Shown in pieces: positions 39,680 to 51,040 of a stretch of DNA of 64,000 bases. The notes below the pieces were generated by a model, which had not been told where the DNA came from, did no database searches, and was given only the letters and a program-made list of their open reading frames with translations. The first letter of the stretch is position 1; every line of letters begins with the position of its first letter. The translations under genes were made by a program, and so were the position numbers. The stretch comes from an uncultured delta proteobacterium (GTDB lineage Bacteria; Desulfobacterota; Desulfobacteria; Desulfobacterales; Desulfosalsimonadaceae), in the NCBI GenBank assembly GCA_963826785.1, contig CAWGYD010000006.1, positions 288,001 to 352,000 on the forward strand, read 5' to 3'.

Positions 39680-41155
39680 ATGAAAGGAAGTAAAAACGGA
39701 TTGCCCCGGTCAATTTTAGAATCAGCATGGAACATTGTTCGAACACATGAAATGCTAAAACCGGGTATGGCCGTCCTGGTGGGCGTATCCGGCGGGCCCG
39801 ACTCCGTTGCCCTCCTTGATATCCTGCTCGAATTTTCGGCTTCCCTGGAACTCCGTTTGGGCGTTGCGCATTTAAATCATGGCCTGCGGGGGACGGAAGC
39901 CGATCTGGATGCAAATTTCGTTCAATCGCTTGCCAAGGACCGTGGACTGCCTTACCTTGGCCAGTTAAAAAATATTCGCGATGAACAGAAGCGTACGGGA
40001 CGGTCACTGGAAGAGGCCGCCCGGGATGCCCGGCTCAAATTCCTGCATGAGGAGGCAAAACGCCACGGATATGAAAAAATTGCACTGGGCCACCACAGGG
40101 ATGACCACGCCGAACAGGTGCTGATCAACCTGCTGAGGGGAAGCGGGCCCGATGGTTTATGCGGCATCCCCCCCATACGGGGCAGGATTATCCGCCCCCT
40201 GATCCGTTCCACCCGGGCAGAGATTTTAGAATATCTTTCCTCCCGCCATCTTTCTTTTCGGATCGATCGTTCCAATGAAGATTTGTGCTTTTTGCGAAAC
40301 CGGATCCGCTTGCATTTGCTGCCGGAACTCCAAAACAAATATAACCCGGGCATTGCAGACGGACTCAGCCGTCTGGGAGAAATTCTGCAGGCGGAAAAAG
40401 AATGGATAAGCGGGCTGGTCGATCCGATTTTTGACTCGATCGTCTGCTTGCAGGAGGCCCGAAGAATCGAAATCCGCATATCAGCCATGTTGCCCTGCCA
40501 TCCGGCCTTGCAAAGGCGGCTGGTGCGAAAGGCCATTAAGAGGGTAAAAGGGGACCTAAGACGCATCACCCTTTCCCATGTGGAATCGGTGACAGACCTC
40601 ATCAAACCGGACCGCGATGGTTCCCGCATCGATTTGCCGGACCGCATCCGGGCTTCGCGCAGTCCCCATCGGTTGGTCATCACCCGGGAAAACATGCCCC
40701 TGCGGTCGATTCCGAAAGAAGAAGCGCCAGGCGCCGAAGCCTATGCTTATATTGTTTCGAAAGATCGGATATTGACGAAACAGCCGATCTGCGTCCCTGA
40801 AGCCGGCGTTTTTCTGACGTTTGAAAAAATTTCAGCTTCAGGAAGCGCGATCATGGCCGATCTCCGGAATATTAAAAAGGAAGAAGCCTTCCTGGACCTC
40901 GCGAAGCTGACGTTTCCCCTGACCATCCGGAATTGCCGGCCGGGGGACCGGTTTGTCCCTCTCGGGATGCATGGCTCGCAGAAACTGAAAAAATTCTGGA
41001 TCGATCATAAAGTGGAAAGCAAAAGACGCAACATCCTGCCGCTGCTGGTCAGCGGAAATGATATCGTCTGGGCAGCCGGTTTTCGGATTGCGGAATCCGT
41101 AAAGATCACTCCGTCTACCCGAATGGTCCTGCGGGTGGCATTATCTATCAAGTAA
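39680..41155 (+). CDS. tilS: tRNA(Ile)-lysidine synthetase
   Basis: VSGGPDSVALL, AHLNHGLR, GHHRDDHAE, RPLI, RNRIR. Confidence 0.95.
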   Translation: MKGSKNGLPRSILESAWNIVRTHEMLKPGMAVLVGVSGGPDSVALLDILLEFSASLELRLGVAHLNHGLRGTEADLDANFVQSLAKDRGLPYLGQLKNIRDEQKRTGRSLEEAARDARLKFLHEEAKRHGYEKIALGHHRDDHAEQVLINLLRGSGPDGLCGIPPIRGRIIRPLIRSTRAEILEYLSSRHLSFRIDRSNEDLCFLRNRIRLHLLPELQNKYNPGIADGLSRLGEILQAEKEWISGLVDPIFDSIVCLQEARRIEIRISAMLPCHPALQRRLVRKAIKRVKGDLRRITLSHVESVTDLIKPDRDGSRIDLPDRIRASRSPHRLVITRENMPLRSIPKEEAPGAEAYAYIVSKDRILTKQPICVPEAGVFLTFEKISASGSAIMADLRNIKKEEAFLDLAKLTFPLTIRNCRPGDRFVPLGMHGSQKLKKFWIDHKVESKRRNILPLLVSGNDIVWAAGFRIAESVKITPSTRMVLRVALSIK

Positions 41156-41502
41156 TTGATTGATTTTTAAAATCCAGTGTTTAATTTAACCATTGTTGTA
41201 ATATACGCAGACCGGTGCCGGGACGGTCTTTTTGGAAAAAACTGAAAATAATTGACAATATATCCAAAAGGACCGATTAAAAAAAGAAAAGCCCTGAAAA
41301 AATCGTGTATTATTTATCTTGCCACATCGCGTGGCAAAGAAGCCTTTTTTCCGCTGATCAAGGGCACGATAGCTATTCAATATATGCCGCATGTGGCAAG
41401 CATTCGGTCTTTTTTAATATTTTACTATTTTCACGGGGGAAAAAACCCCTCGAATAAATTTACGGCTGTAAAGCGCATCTTTTCCGATCTGGAGGTAATC
41501 CG

Positions 41503-43395
41503 TTGAACCCTTTCAATAAAAATTTAGCCTTGTGGGTCGTGATCGTCCTGATGATGGTCATGCTCTATAGCATATTCAGCCAGCAGCAGCATACGGACGC
41601 CCAACTCAATTACTCCGAATTTCTGAACCGGGTGGAGAGCAACAAGGTCAAAAGCGTGACGATCGAAGGCGACAAGCTGAATGTAATCGACGACAACGGC
41701 AGCCAGTTCAGTGTATACGCCCCGGCGGACAATGATCTCATCAGCACGCTGCGCAAGAATAACGTGATCATCAAAGTCAAACCGGAACAATCCACCCCCT
41801 GGTTCGTGTCCGTGCTGATTTCCTGGTTTCCCATGATCCTTTTGATCGGGGTATGGATTTTTTTCATGCGGCAGATGCAGAGCGGGGGCGGAAAAGCGCT
41901 GTCTTTCGGCAAGAGCAGCGCCCGGATGCTCTCGGATCAGGCGGAAAAAGTGACCTTTGCCGATGTGGCCGGAGTCGATGAAGCCAAAGAAGAAGTCGGT
42001 GAAATTGTCGAATTCCTGAGAGATCCCAAGAAATACACCCGGCTGGGCGGGCGCATTCCCAAGGGCGTGCTCATGGTGGGCGCGCCGGGCACGGGTAAAA
42101 CCCTTCTGGCCCGCGCCATTGCCGGAGAAGCCGGGGTACCGTTTTTTTCCATCAGCGGATCGGATTTTGTGGAAATGTTCGTGGGGGTGGGCGCTTCCCG
42201 TGTACGGGATCTGTTTGTCCAGGGGAAGAAGAATGCCCCCTGCATCATTTTCATCGATGAAATCGACGCCGTGGGCCGTCATCGCGGTGCGGGGCTTGGC
42301 GGCGGTCATGACGAACGGGAACAGACCCTGAATCAACTCCTGGTGGAAATGGACGGTTTTGAAGCCAACGAAGGGGTGATCCTCATCGCCTCCACCAACC
42401 GGCCGGATGTGTTGGACCCGGCGCTCCTCCGGCCCGGCCGGTTCGACCGGCAGGTAGTGGTCCCCCTGCCGGATATCCAGGGGCGCAAGGAAATCATCAA
42501 GGTCTACCTGAAAAAATCCCCCATTGGTCCGGACGTGAATCCGGACATCCTGGCCAGGGGAACGCCCGGCTTTTCGGGCGCGGATCTTGAAAACATGGTC
42601 AACGAAGCCGCCCTGATCGCCGCTAAAAAGGATAAGGAACGCCTGGCGATGGAGGATTTTGAAGATGCCAAGGACAAGATCTTCATGGGCCTGGAACGCA
42701 AATCCAAGGTCATGCGGGAAGAGGACAAGCGGACCACCGCCTACCACGAAGGCGGGCATGCCATTGTGGCCCGTATGCTGCCGGAAACCGACTCCATCAA
42801 TAAAATCACGATTATTCCCAGGGGACGCGCTGCCGGGGTGACCTGGTTCCTCCCCGAGGAAAAGGACTTTATCTTCAAGGATCAGCTCCAGAGTAAACTG
42901 GCGGTGGCTTTAGGCGGCCGGGTGGCGGAGGAACTGGTATTCAACCGCATCAGCACGGGGGCATCCAACGATATCAAGCAGGCCACGGAGATTGCATCCA
43001 ACATGGTGCGTTCCTGGGGAATGAGCGATGCACTGGGGCCGCTCTCCTATGCCAAGGGCGAGGAACAGATCTTTCTGGGCAGGGAAATCTCCCAGCACCG
43101 GGATTATTCCGAAGACACCGCTAAAAAAATCGATGATGAAATCTCACGGTTCATCAACGAAAGCTATGTTCGGGCCAAAGGCGTTTTGACCGAAAACCGT
43201 GACATTCTGGATAAACTATCCGAAATGCTGCTGGAAAAGGAAACGGTCATGGGCAAAGAACTCGATGAGCTCATTTATGCCCTGCGCCCGGGGATCAAGC
43301 TTCCATCTTACCAGAGCACGGACACATTGAAGGAAGCGATTCACCATCCGACAACCGCCTCTGAAGAAGGAAGCAGTGAAAACCTTTCGTCTTGA
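41503..43395 (+). CDS. ftsH: ATP-dependent zinc metalloprotease FtsH
   Basis: Two TMs, [26 protein letters not shown]. Confidence 0.98.
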   Translation: MNPFNKNLALWVVIVLMMVMLYSIFSQQQHTDAQLNYSEFLNRVESNKVKSVTIEGDKLNVIDDNGSQFSVYAPADNDLISTLRKNNVIIKVKPEQSTPWFVSVLISWFPMILLIGVWIFFMRQMQSGGGKALSFGKSSARMLSDQAEKVTFADVAGVDEAKEEVGEIVEFLRDPKKYTRLGGRIPKGVLMVGAPGTGKTLLARAIAGEAGVPFFSISGSDFVEMFVGVGASRVRDLFVQGKKNAPCIIFIDEIDAVGRHRGAGLGGGHDEREQTLNQLLVEMDGFEANEGVILIASTNRPDVLDPALLRPGRFDRQVVVPLPDIQGRKEIIKVYLKKSPIGPDVNPDILARGTPGFSGADLENMVNEAALIAAKKDKERLAMEDFEDAKDKIFMGLERKSKVMREEDKRTTAYHEGGHAIVARMLPETDSINKITIIPRGRAAGVTWFLPEEKDFIFKDQLQSKLAVALGGRVAEELVFNRISTGASNDIKQATEIASNMVRSWGMSDALGPLSYAKGEEQIFLGREISQHRDYSEDTAKKIDDEISRFINESYVRAKGVLTENRDILDKLSEMLLEKETVMGKELDELIYALRPGIKLPSYQSTDTLKEAIHHPTTASEEGSSENLSS

Positions 43396-44251
43396 ATGGG
43401 CCGGTCATCAACTGGAACTGGGCGCCACCACCCGCATCATGGGCATTTTAAACGTCACCCCGGATTCCTTTTCGGACGGCGGCCGGTTTTTCGGCCTGGA
43501 TGCGGCATTGCGGCAGGCCGAACGGCTGGTGGGAGAAGGGGCGGATATTCTCGATATCGGAGGGGAATCCACGCGCCCGTTTTCGGATCCGGTTTCGGTT
43601 GAAGAAGAGCTGCGGCGCGTCCTGCCGGTGATTGAATACCTGGCACCGAAAATCCCCATCCCCATTTCCATAGATACCTGCAAGGCGGCTGTGGCCAAAG
43701 CGGCCATTTCCGCAGGGGCATCCATCATCAACGACATCAGTGCGCTGCGGTTTGACCCCATGATGGCGGACACCGCCGCAAAGCACCCGGTGCTTGCGAT
43801 TCTGATGCACATGAAGGGTACGCCCAAGAATATGCAGGCCGAACCGGTCTATGATGATCCGGTAAAGGAGATTCATGGATTTCTCTGTGATGCGGTTTTC
43901 CGGGCAGAGGCTGCCGGTATTCCAAAGAAGCGTCTCATCATCGATCCGGGCATCGGCTTTGGCAAAACCATGATGCACAACCTGTATCTGATCAAACATC
44001 TCGATGCATTTCTGGATATCGGCGTCCCGATCATGATCGGAACCTCGCGCAAAGCGTTTATCCGCAGACTGTTAAAATCAGAAGCGGGAGCTGAACTATC
44101 TCCCGAAGATGACCGCGTCATTACCGGCACCCAGGCGACGGTCGCCTGCGCTGTCTTGAAAGGCGCCCATCTGGTGCGGGTGCATGACGTGGCCGCTGCA
44201 TCGGCCACCTGCAGGATTGCCGATGCAATTAGAGCCGCGGTGAATGCCTGA
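43376..44251 (+). CDS. folP: Dihydropteroate synthase
   Basis: MGILNVTPDSFSDGG, GGESTRP, DPGIGFGK, SRK, RVHDV. Confidence 0.96.
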   Translation: MKTFRLEWAGHQLELGATTRIMGILNVTPDSFSDGGRFFGLDAALRQAERLVGEGADILDIGGESTRPFSDPVSVEEELRRVLPVIEYLAPKIPIPISIDTCKAAVAKAAISAGASIINDISALRFDPMMADTAAKHPVLAILMHMKGTPKNMQAEPVYDDPVKEIHGFLCDAVFRAEAAGIPKKRLIIDPGIGFGKTMMHNLYLIKHLDAFLDIGVPIMIGTSRKAFIRRLLKSEAGAELSPEDDRVITGTQATVACAVLKGAHLVRVHDVAAASATCRIADAIRAAVNA

Positions 44252-44309
44252 TCGAAAAACCGCATATTTTTGTTTTTTGGCCCAGACCTCGAATTACAGG
44301 ACCGCTCAT

Positions 44310-45077
44310 ATGCTGCTGGTAGTAGACGTCGGCAACACCCACACGGTAATCGGATTGTTTGAAAACGACCGCCTGAAAAAAGACTGGCGCATTCATACCG
44401 AACCGGCGGCCACAGAAGATGAACTCAACATCCTGCTTTCGGGTCTGTTTGCCGCCGAATCCATTGAGCGCAAACAAATCCGGCGGACAGTGGCTTCCTG
44501 CGTGGTCCCTCCCATGATGAAACTGCTGGATGCTTACTGCCGCAAATATCTGGGGCATGCCCCCGTTTGGATTGAGGCGTCGAATGTCCGCATGCCGGTA
44601 CTTTACGATAATCCGGGGGAAGTGGGGGCAGACCGGCTGGTCAATGCGGTGGCCGCCTATCACCTTTATCCCACCAGCCTGATTGTGATCGATTTTGGCA
44701 CCGCCACCACCTTCGATGCGATTTCGGCAAAAGGGGAATACATTGGCGGGGCCATCGCGCCCGGGATCGGAATTTCCGCCGAAGCCCTGTTTCAGAGGGC
44801 TTCGAAGCTCCCCCGGGTGGAACTCTTCAATCCTCCGGCCACCGTTATCGGCAAAAATACAGCCAACAGCATGAAATCGGGCATTATCTATGGATACGCG
44901 GAAATGGTGGATGGCATGGTCGGCCGCATGGCCGCGGAAATGGGCGAACCTGCGCCCAGGGTGATCGCCACCGGGGGGCTGGCGGTGCTCATCAAACCCA
45001 TTTCACGCACCATCGAACAGGTGGAGACCGGATTAACGCTGGAGGGGTTGAGGCTGTTGAGCAAGGATCTGAACTGA
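44310..45077 (+). CDS. coaX: Type III pantothenate kinase
   Basis: LLVVDVGNTH, VGADR, DFGTATT, GGAIAPG, IATGG. Confidence 0.94.
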   Translation: MLLVVDVGNTHTVIGLFENDRLKKDWRIHTEPAATEDELNILLSGLFAAESIERKQIRRTVASCVVPPMMKLLDAYCRKYLGHAPVWIEASNVRMPVLYDNPGEVGADRLVNAVAAYHLYPTSLIVIDFGTATTFDAISAKGEYIGGAIAPGIGISAEALFQRASKLPRVELFNPPATVIGKNTANSMKSGIIYGYAEMVDGMVGRMAAEMGEPAPRVIATGGLAVLIKPISRTIEQVETGLTLEGLRLLSKDLN

Positions 45078-45108
45078 TTTCTAAATATCAAAAGGGCGTA
45101 AACGGGCT

Positions 45109-45270
45109 CTATCGCATCTGCATATCGGTTTCCAGCTGCGCAATTTCATGTTGCAGCTGTTCTTTTTCCGCATCCGTGAGTCCTTCCCGGTTCAATCGCC
45201 TCCGCAGCCCCAGCAGCATCATTTCCTGACGGTATTCATTGCAGGTGTAAGGACTCTTTTTCCCTTCCAT
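45109..45270 (-). CDS. 53-aa small protein (below the ORF-track cutoff)
   Basis: MEGKKSPYTCNEYRQEMMLLGLRRRLNREGLTDAEKEQLQHEIAQLETDMQMR*; its ATG overlaps the upstream stop (TGATG). Confidence 0.7.
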   Translation of the reverse strand: MEGKKSPYTCNEYRQEMMLLGLRRRLNREGLTDAEKEQLQHEIAQLETDMQMR

Positions 45271-45935
45271 CAGGCCAGCCCCATCCGCTTCTGGCCTTCT
45301 TTGAACACCGCATAAAAGAGCTCGTATTCACGGATACCGCGGCTTAAAACCCGGTCCAATTCTCCCATATCATTGGAATTGAGAATCATGTTGACGCTGT
45401 TTAAAAATGCGGCCATGTTGTCCATGGTGGAAAAACGGCGGGTGATGAGGACGACAAAGATATTTCGCCGAACATCCATGCTCAGCCGCTCCAGATAGAT
45501 CAGCACCCCGTTGGTGGCGGGATCACTGCCGGCAAATGAATCGTTTACCATCACCAGATCATAGGTGTGATATTTCATTTTTCTCAGCGCATCCCTGACG
45601 TCTTCAGCAACGGTGATATGGTATTCCATGATGTTGAGCACCGTTTTGATCTGCTCCAGCGCAATCGGATCCTCCTCGCACAGGATGGCGGTCTTGCCTT
45701 CTTCTTCCAGAAAGTCAAACGGCTTTTCGGAGACATCGTACTCGTCTGATTCCGGGTTTGCGTCAAAGCCGTGGGCCTTTTTCGCCGGAAGCGGCTCGGC
45801 AGTGCCCGACACCGACCGGTCCACCACGATCCGGCCCTTGCATTTCGGGCATCTCAAGGAAGAAACCTTGCCTTCGGCAACCTTTTCGTCGGCAATGGTA
45901 AACTTGCTTCTGCAATGCTCGCAGCTGATATCCAT
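45270..45935 (-). CDS. MJ0042-type zinc-ribbon protein with degenerate receiver-like domain
   Basis: CEHC...CPKC N-terminus; AILCEED...YDLVMVND CheY-like fold. Confidence 0.8.
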   Translation of the reverse strand: MDISCEHCRSKFTIADEKVAEGKVSSLRCPKCKGRIVVDRSVSGTAEPLPAKKAHGFDANPESDEYDVSEKPFDFLEEEGKTAILCEEDPIALEQIKTVLNIMEYHITVAEDVRDALRKMKYHTYDLVMVNDSFAGSDPATNGVLIYLERLSMDVRRNIFVVLITRRFSTMDNMAAFLNSVNMILNSNDMGELDRVLSRGIREYELFYAVFKEGQKRMGLA

Positions 45936-46018
45936 TTGTTCTAATATCCCCTTTGATTAAAGAAAGCGACTGCGGTTAAGGATCGATATGAATTTTGTTC
46001 AGTATTCCGGAGGATGTC

Positions 46019-47188
46019 TTACCACCGCTTTTTGCCGTATCCCATATCGATTTCCAGCTTGTCGATTTCGGTGGTCATCTGGCCCCGGGAGCTTTTGACC
46101 GTATCGATCCCCCTTCCCACAATCGACCGGCGGGAGGAATAGCCGATGGCGGTTTCTTCGGAGATCAGTCCTTTTTCGAACAGGCCGATGATGTAGTTGT
46201 CAAAGGTGGTCCAGCCAAACGCTCTGCCGGCCTCCATCATGTCATAGAAGGTCTTCCCCTCATCTTCTCCGTTCAGGATGGAATCCTTTACCCGCAGGCT
46301 GGTTCCCAGGATTTCAAAGGCGGCGATCCGCCCGCCGCCGGATTTGGGGAGCAGGCGCTGACAAACCACCCATCGGAGGGTATCGGAGAGCCGGGTCCGG
46401 ACCTGATTTTCCTCTTCGGTTGAAAAAAGGCCGAGTACCCGGTTGATGGTCTGGCCCGCATCCACCGTATGAAGGGTGGTCAGCACCAGATGTCCGGTTT
46501 CTGCGGCGGTCAGGCCAATTTCAACGGTTTCCCGATCCCGCATTTCACCCACCAGGATCACCTTGGGCGCCTGGCGAAGCGCGGCCCGAAGCCCCTTGGA
46601 AAACTCGCTGAAATCCTTGCCCAGTTCCCGCTGGTTGAAGGTGGCTTTCTTGTGAGAATGGATATACTCAATGGGATCTTCCAGGGTGACGATGTGCACG
46701 GCCTTGTTTCTGTTGATTTCTTCCAGGATGGCCGCAAGGGAGGTGGTTTTACCCGTTCCGGTGGCGCCGGTAAAAATAATGATGCCGTTTCTTTCCTGGG
46801 CGATTTTAAAGAACACCTCCGGCAGGTTCATCTCCTTTACCGTCGGGATCTTGGTTTCCAGCTGCCGGAGGACGATGGAATAATTGCCGGACTGAGAAAA
46901 GACGTTCACCCGGAACCGGGCCTTTCCGGGAAGCGCATAGGACAGATCGCAGGAGCCTTCTTTTAAAAGGATTTCCGTCAGCCGACGGTCCCGGTTGACC
47001 AGGTTTAATGCCACGGTCTCGGTTTGAAACGGGGTCAGCGTTTTTAATGCCGGCTTCATTTCCACCGGCGCCAGTTCCCCATACGATTCCACCTGAAGCG
47101 GTTTGCCCACGGTAAAGTTAAGGTCGGAGACGCTTTCATGCGAATCGAGCATGGTGGTCAGTATATGATCGATTTCCGGTTTTTTCAT
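46019..47188 (-). CDS. PilT/PilU-family retraction ATPase
   Basis: GATGTGKTT, TLEDPIEY, ALRQAPKVILVGEMRD, ETGHLVLTTLH. Confidence 0.93.
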   Translation of the reverse strand: MKKPEIDHILTTMLDSHESVSDLNFTVGKPLQVESYGELAPVEMKPALKTLTPFQTETVALNLVNRDRRLTEILLKEGSCDLSYALPGKARFRVNVFSQSGNYSIVLRQLETKIPTVKEMNLPEVFFKIAQERNGIIIFTGATGTGKTTSLAAILEEINRNKAVHIVTLEDPIEYIHSHKKATFNQRELGKDFSEFSKGLRAALRQAPKVILVGEMRDRETVEIGLTAAETGHLVLTTLHTVDAGQTINRVLGLFSTEEENQVRTRLSDTLRWVVCQRLLPKSGGGRIAAFEILGTSLRVKDSILNGEDEGKTFYDMMEAGRAFGWTTFDNYIIGLFEKGLISEETAIGYSSRRSIVGRGIDTVKSSRGQMTTEIDKLEIDMGYGKKRW

Positions 47189-47215
47189 ACCTCAACCCCT
47201 TTTTGATGTTTTAGA

Positions 47216-48298
47216 TCAAGCCTCGGTGAAATCGACGGGCGGCGATTTCAGCAACGGTCTAAACCGCTGTTTTTCATTGGACTTGCTATAGGCATCCTCC
47301 GCGCTGATCCACCCCTTGTTGTAAAGATTCATGACGGCATCATCTAAAAGCTGCATGCCGTATTTCTTCCCCGTCTGCATGGACGAGGGAAGCTGGTGGG
47401 TCTTGGCCTCCCGGATCAGGTTTCTCACCGCCGGGGTGGCGATGAGGACTTCCAGGGCGGGACATCGGCCCTTGCGGTCGATCCGCTTGAACAGCACCTG
47501 GGCAATCACCGCCCGGATGCTGTCGGACAGGGTGGACCGGATCTGATCCTGCTTTTCGGAAGGGAAAACCTCGACAATACGGTCCACGGTTTTCATGGCG
47601 CTGGAAGTATGCAGCGTGGAGAAAACCAGATGCCCGGTGGAAGCCGCTTCAATGGCCAGCTGCATGGTTTCCAGATCCCGCATTTCCCCCACCATGATCA
47701 CATCGGGGTCTTCCCGGAGCGCACCCCTCAGAGCAGACGCGAACGATTTGGTATGCACCCCGATCTCCCGCTGGTTGACAATACAGCCCTGGCTTTCATG
47801 CACGAATTCGATGGGGTCTTCCACCGTGATGATGTGATCCTTGCGCAGCCGGTTGGCCTCGTCGATTACCGCGGCCAGGGTCGTGGATTTGCCGCTTCCC
47901 GTGGGGCCGGTGACAATCACCAGTCCCCGGGGGAGGGTGGCCAGTTTGGCGATGACCGACGGCAGGCCGAGCTGTTCACAGGACATGATATTGTTGGGAA
48001 TCTGCCTGAACACCGCCCCTACGCCGTTTCGCTGCATGAAAAAATTCGCCCGGTACCGCGCCAGGCCGGGAATCTCATAGCCGAAGTCCACGTCACCGGT
48101 TTCCTCAAAATGCTTGATCTTGTCTTCCGGCGCGATTTCATAGACCATGCTGCGCAGATCATTGTTGTTCAGGACCTTGTACTTGATTCGCTCGATGTCT
48201 CCCCGGATCCGCAAGGCGGGCTGCTGCCCGGATACCAGATGCAGATCGGAGGCGCCCTGATCATTCATCAGCTTGAAAAAGGCATCAATTTTGGCCAT
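47216..48298 (-). CDS. pilT: Type IV pilus retraction ATPase PilT
   Basis: ASDLHL, GPTGSGKSTT, EDPIEF, ALREDPD, AVRNLIRE. Confidence 0.95.
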   Translation of the reverse strand: MAKIDAFFKLMNDQGASDLHLVSGQQPALRIRGDIERIKYKVLNNNDLRSMVYEIAPEDKIKHFEETGDVDFGYEIPGLARYRANFFMQRNGVGAVFRQIPNNIMSCEQLGLPSVIAKLATLPRGLVIVTGPTGSGKSTTLAAVIDEANRLRKDHIITVEDPIEFVHESQGCIVNQREIGVHTKSFASALRGALREDPDVIMVGEMRDLETMQLAIEAASTGHLVFSTLHTSSAMKTVDRIVEVFPSEKQDQIRSTLSDSIRAVIAQVLFKRIDRKGRCPALEVLIATPAVRNLIREAKTHQLPSSMQTGKKYGMQLLDDAVMNLYNKGWISAEDAYSKSNEKQRFRPLLKSPPVDFTEA

Positions 48299-48385
48299 GC
48301 ACGATACTCCTGATAAAGATGAATTTTGAGATTAAACCGCTTGAACGATTTCGTGCTTACAAATATCAGGTGATGGTAAAGCCGA

Positions 48386-48712
48386 TTATCGGATCGGGAC
48401 AAAACCCCTTGCGCCGACCAGGTTTCCGGCGGCCATAAATAAGGTATCGACGATCAGGACACGCAAAAACACGATGGCCAGGATAATGAGAATCGGTGAG
48501 AAATCGATTCCGCTGAACACCGTGGGGATACGTGATCGGACCTGATACAGCACCGGTTCCGTCGCCTGATTGATAAACCGGACGATGGGGTTGTAGGGAT
48601 CAGGGCTCACCCACGACAAGATGGCATGCGCGATGATGATCCACATGTACAGGGTCAGGCCGATATCGATCACCTGGGCAATGGCTTTGATGAAGTTCGC
48701 AAGCACTATCAT
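48386..48712 (-). CDS. yggT: YggT family membrane protein
   Basis: LSWVSPDPYNPIVRFINQATEPVL..IDFSPI. Confidence 0.92.
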   Translation of the reverse strand: MIVLANFIKAIAQVIDIGLTLYMWIIIAHAILSWVSPDPYNPIVRFINQATEPVLYQVRSRIPTVFSGIDFSPILIILAIVFLRVLIVDTLFMAAGNLVGARGFVPIR

Positions 48713-48925
48713 TTTAGAACTCTTTGCGGGTGCAGGGTGTCGGGAAGTGCGTTATCAAAGAATAGAACAGACATTGCTTATAAATAAGGTTTTTTTCCGT
48801 TTAAAGTCAAGTCCATTTCCAAGTTAGCAATTGACATTAGCGCCCATAATGACGATATTAAGCGTTAATTGTAAAATCTCTTCGAAACCGGTTCAATGCT
48901 TAAGTGATTGTATTAATGGGATTAA

Positions 48926-49780
48926 ATGAAAATGATTGAGGTGAACATCGGATTTATCGGCGCCGGCAACATGGGCGAGGCCATGATCGCCGCTTTGCTC
49001 TCGTCTGGCCTGTCCGCACCGAAGCACCTGTTTGCCTGCGATGCCGACGCGTCCCGAATCGATTTTCTGAAAACCAAATATGCCATCCATGCTCTGCCCG
49101 CCGCCAGCGACATCGTCAGCGCCTGCGACGTCATCATTTTCGCGGTAAAGCCCCAGTCCATGGGGGAACTCCTCAATACGCTGCAGTCCAAAGGCGTGTT
49201 TAAAACCATTGCCGGCCGCAAGCGCTTCATCTCCATTGCTGCGGGCATCCGAATCGAAAAACTGGAAGAATCGATCTACGCGGGCCTGGACAAAAACATG
49301 CAATCGCGGCTGCCGGTCATCCGGGTGATGCCCAATACCCCTGCGCTGGTGGGCGAAGGCATTTCAGGCATTTGTGCAAATGCGCATGCCGATAAAGAGG
49401 ATCTTGAAATCGCCAAAGCGATACTTTCGGCCATGGGGAACGTTTTCGAGTGCCGGGAAGCGGAAATGGATGCCGTGACCGCCCTGTCCGGATCCGGGCC
49501 GGCCTACTGTTTCTATCTGGCCGAAGCCATGATCAACGCCGGATGTCATCTGGGTTTCGACCTGAAGCGCTCCAGCGAACTGGTGCTTTCTACCCTGAAG
49601 GGGGCGGTCGCCCTCATCGAAAAGCTTGGCCAGCCGGCAGAAGAGCTCCGCCGACGGGTCACATCTCCCGGCGGCACCACCGAGGCTGCCATTCGGCATT
49701 TAGACGACCGAAATGTCAAGCAGGCCATCGAAGAGGCGATCTTCGCTGCGGCAAAACGTTCCAGCGAACTCAGCGCCTGA
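48926..49780 (+). CDS. proC: Pyrroline-5-carboxylate reductase
   Basis: GFIGAGNMG, AVKPQ, RVMPNTP, SGSGPAY, VTSPGGTT. Confidence 0.96.
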   Translation: MKMIEVNIGFIGAGNMGEAMIAALLSSGLSAPKHLFACDADASRIDFLKTKYAIHALPAASDIVSACDVIIFAVKPQSMGELLNTLQSKGVFKTIAGRKRFISIAAGIRIEKLEESIYAGLDKNMQSRLPVIRVMPNTPALVGEGISGICANAHADKEDLEIAKAILSAMGNVFECREAEMDAVTALSGSGPAYCFYLAEAMINAGCHLGFDLKRSSELVLSTLKGAVALIEKLGQPAEELRRRVTSPGGTTEAAIRHLDDRNVKQAIEEAIFAAAKRSSELSA

Positions 49781-49813
49781 TTTTATCAACCCCATTTATC
49801 CCAAAAGATATCG

Positions 49814-50521
49814 ATGTTTACCGAGACCGTATCATACTCCGCCGCATTTTTCTTCGGCCTTCTGTCTTTTCTGTCCCCCTGCGTGCTGCCGCTGATCCCG
49901 GCATACTTCAGTTTTATCACCGGATTATCCCTCGATGAACTCCTGAGCGGAAATGTCAGCGGCATCCGGGGAAAGGTCTTTTTCTCCACACTGTCCTTTG
50001 TCTGCGGATTTTCATTGTTGTTTATCATCCTGGGCGCCTCCGCCACATATCTGGGCAACATCATCGCCCAATACAAGGAGTACATCCGCATCATCGGCGG
50101 CGTCATCATCATCATTTTAGGAATTCACCTGATGGGGGTATTGCGCATCCGGCGGCTGGATGCGGAAAAACGGATCCATCTGGAGAGAAAGCCGCTTCAT
50201 TTCCTGGGCGCTTTTGTGGTGGGGATGGCCTTCGGCGCCGGTTGGAGCCCCTGCATCGGACCGCTTCTGGGATCCATTCTGGTGATTGCCAGCAGCAAGG
50301 AGACCATCCAGCAGGGAATCCTTCTCCTGGGGATCTATGCGGCCGGTCTGGCCCTGCCGTTTATCCTCATTTCCCTGTTTATCAATTTCATGCTGGAATT
50401 TTTGCACCGGGCATCCCGGTTTTTAAAATATGCCAACCGGGCATCCGGGGCATTGCTGATCATTGTCGGCATCCTTCTGATCACCAACAGCTTTACCTTC
50501 ATCAGCACATGGTTTGTTTAG
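49814..50521 (+). CDS. ccdA: CcdA/DsbD-beta thiol-disulfide transporter
   Basis: SFLSPCVLPL and WSPCIGP. Confidence 0.92.
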   Translation: MFTETVSYSAAFFFGLLSFLSPCVLPLIPAYFSFITGLSLDELLSGNVSGIRGKVFFSTLSFVCGFSLLFIILGASATYLGNIIAQYKEYIRIIGGVIIIILGIHLMGVLRIRRLDAEKRIHLERKPLHFLGAFVVGMAFGAGWSPCIGPLLGSILVIASSKETIQQGILLLGIYAAGLALPFILISLFINFMLEFLHRASRFLKYANRASGALLIIVGILLITNSFTFISTWFV

Positions 50522-50545
50522 GACTCAACCCATAAGGAGATTCTC

Positions 50546-51040
50546 ATGCAGCGCAAATTCATATATATGCTCGGATTTTTGATCTGCCTGTCTTTGCTGG
50601 CGGGTCCGGTGATATCCGCTTCGGACAACACCGCTTCCACCACCGCCACTGCCGAAACCGGAATCAAATGGATTTCGTACACGGACGGCATCAAGAAAAT
50701 CAAGGAGGAGAACAAAAAAGGATTCCTTCATTTTTACACCGACTGGTGTACCTACTGCAAGATCATGAACAAAAATACGTTTGCGGACAAGGCCGTGATC
50801 GACTATTTGAATGAAAATTTCGTTCCCATCCGGGTCAATGCGGAAAAAGAGCGGGACCCGGCCAAGAAATACAATGTCGACCGGTTCCCCACCAACTTCT
50901 TTATCGCCGGGGACGGAAGCACCATCGGCAACCGTCCGGGATACATCCCTCCGGATATGATGCTGAACATGTTGAAATACATCAAGACGGACAGCTACAA
51001 AAGCATCAGCTTCAGTGATTTTCTCGCAAAGAAAAATTGA
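50546..51040 (+). CDS. Exported thioredoxin-fold protein
   Basis: Signal peptide, WCTYC, FPT; directly follows ccdA. Confidence 0.88.
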   Translation: MQRKFIYMLGFLICLSLLAGPVISASDNTASTTATAETGIKWISYTDGIKKIKEENKKGFLHFYTDWCTYCKIMNKNTFADKAVIDYLNENFVPIRVNAEKERDPAKKYNVDRFPTNFFIAGDGSTIGNRPGYIPPDMMLNMLKYIKTDSYKSISFSDFLAKKN

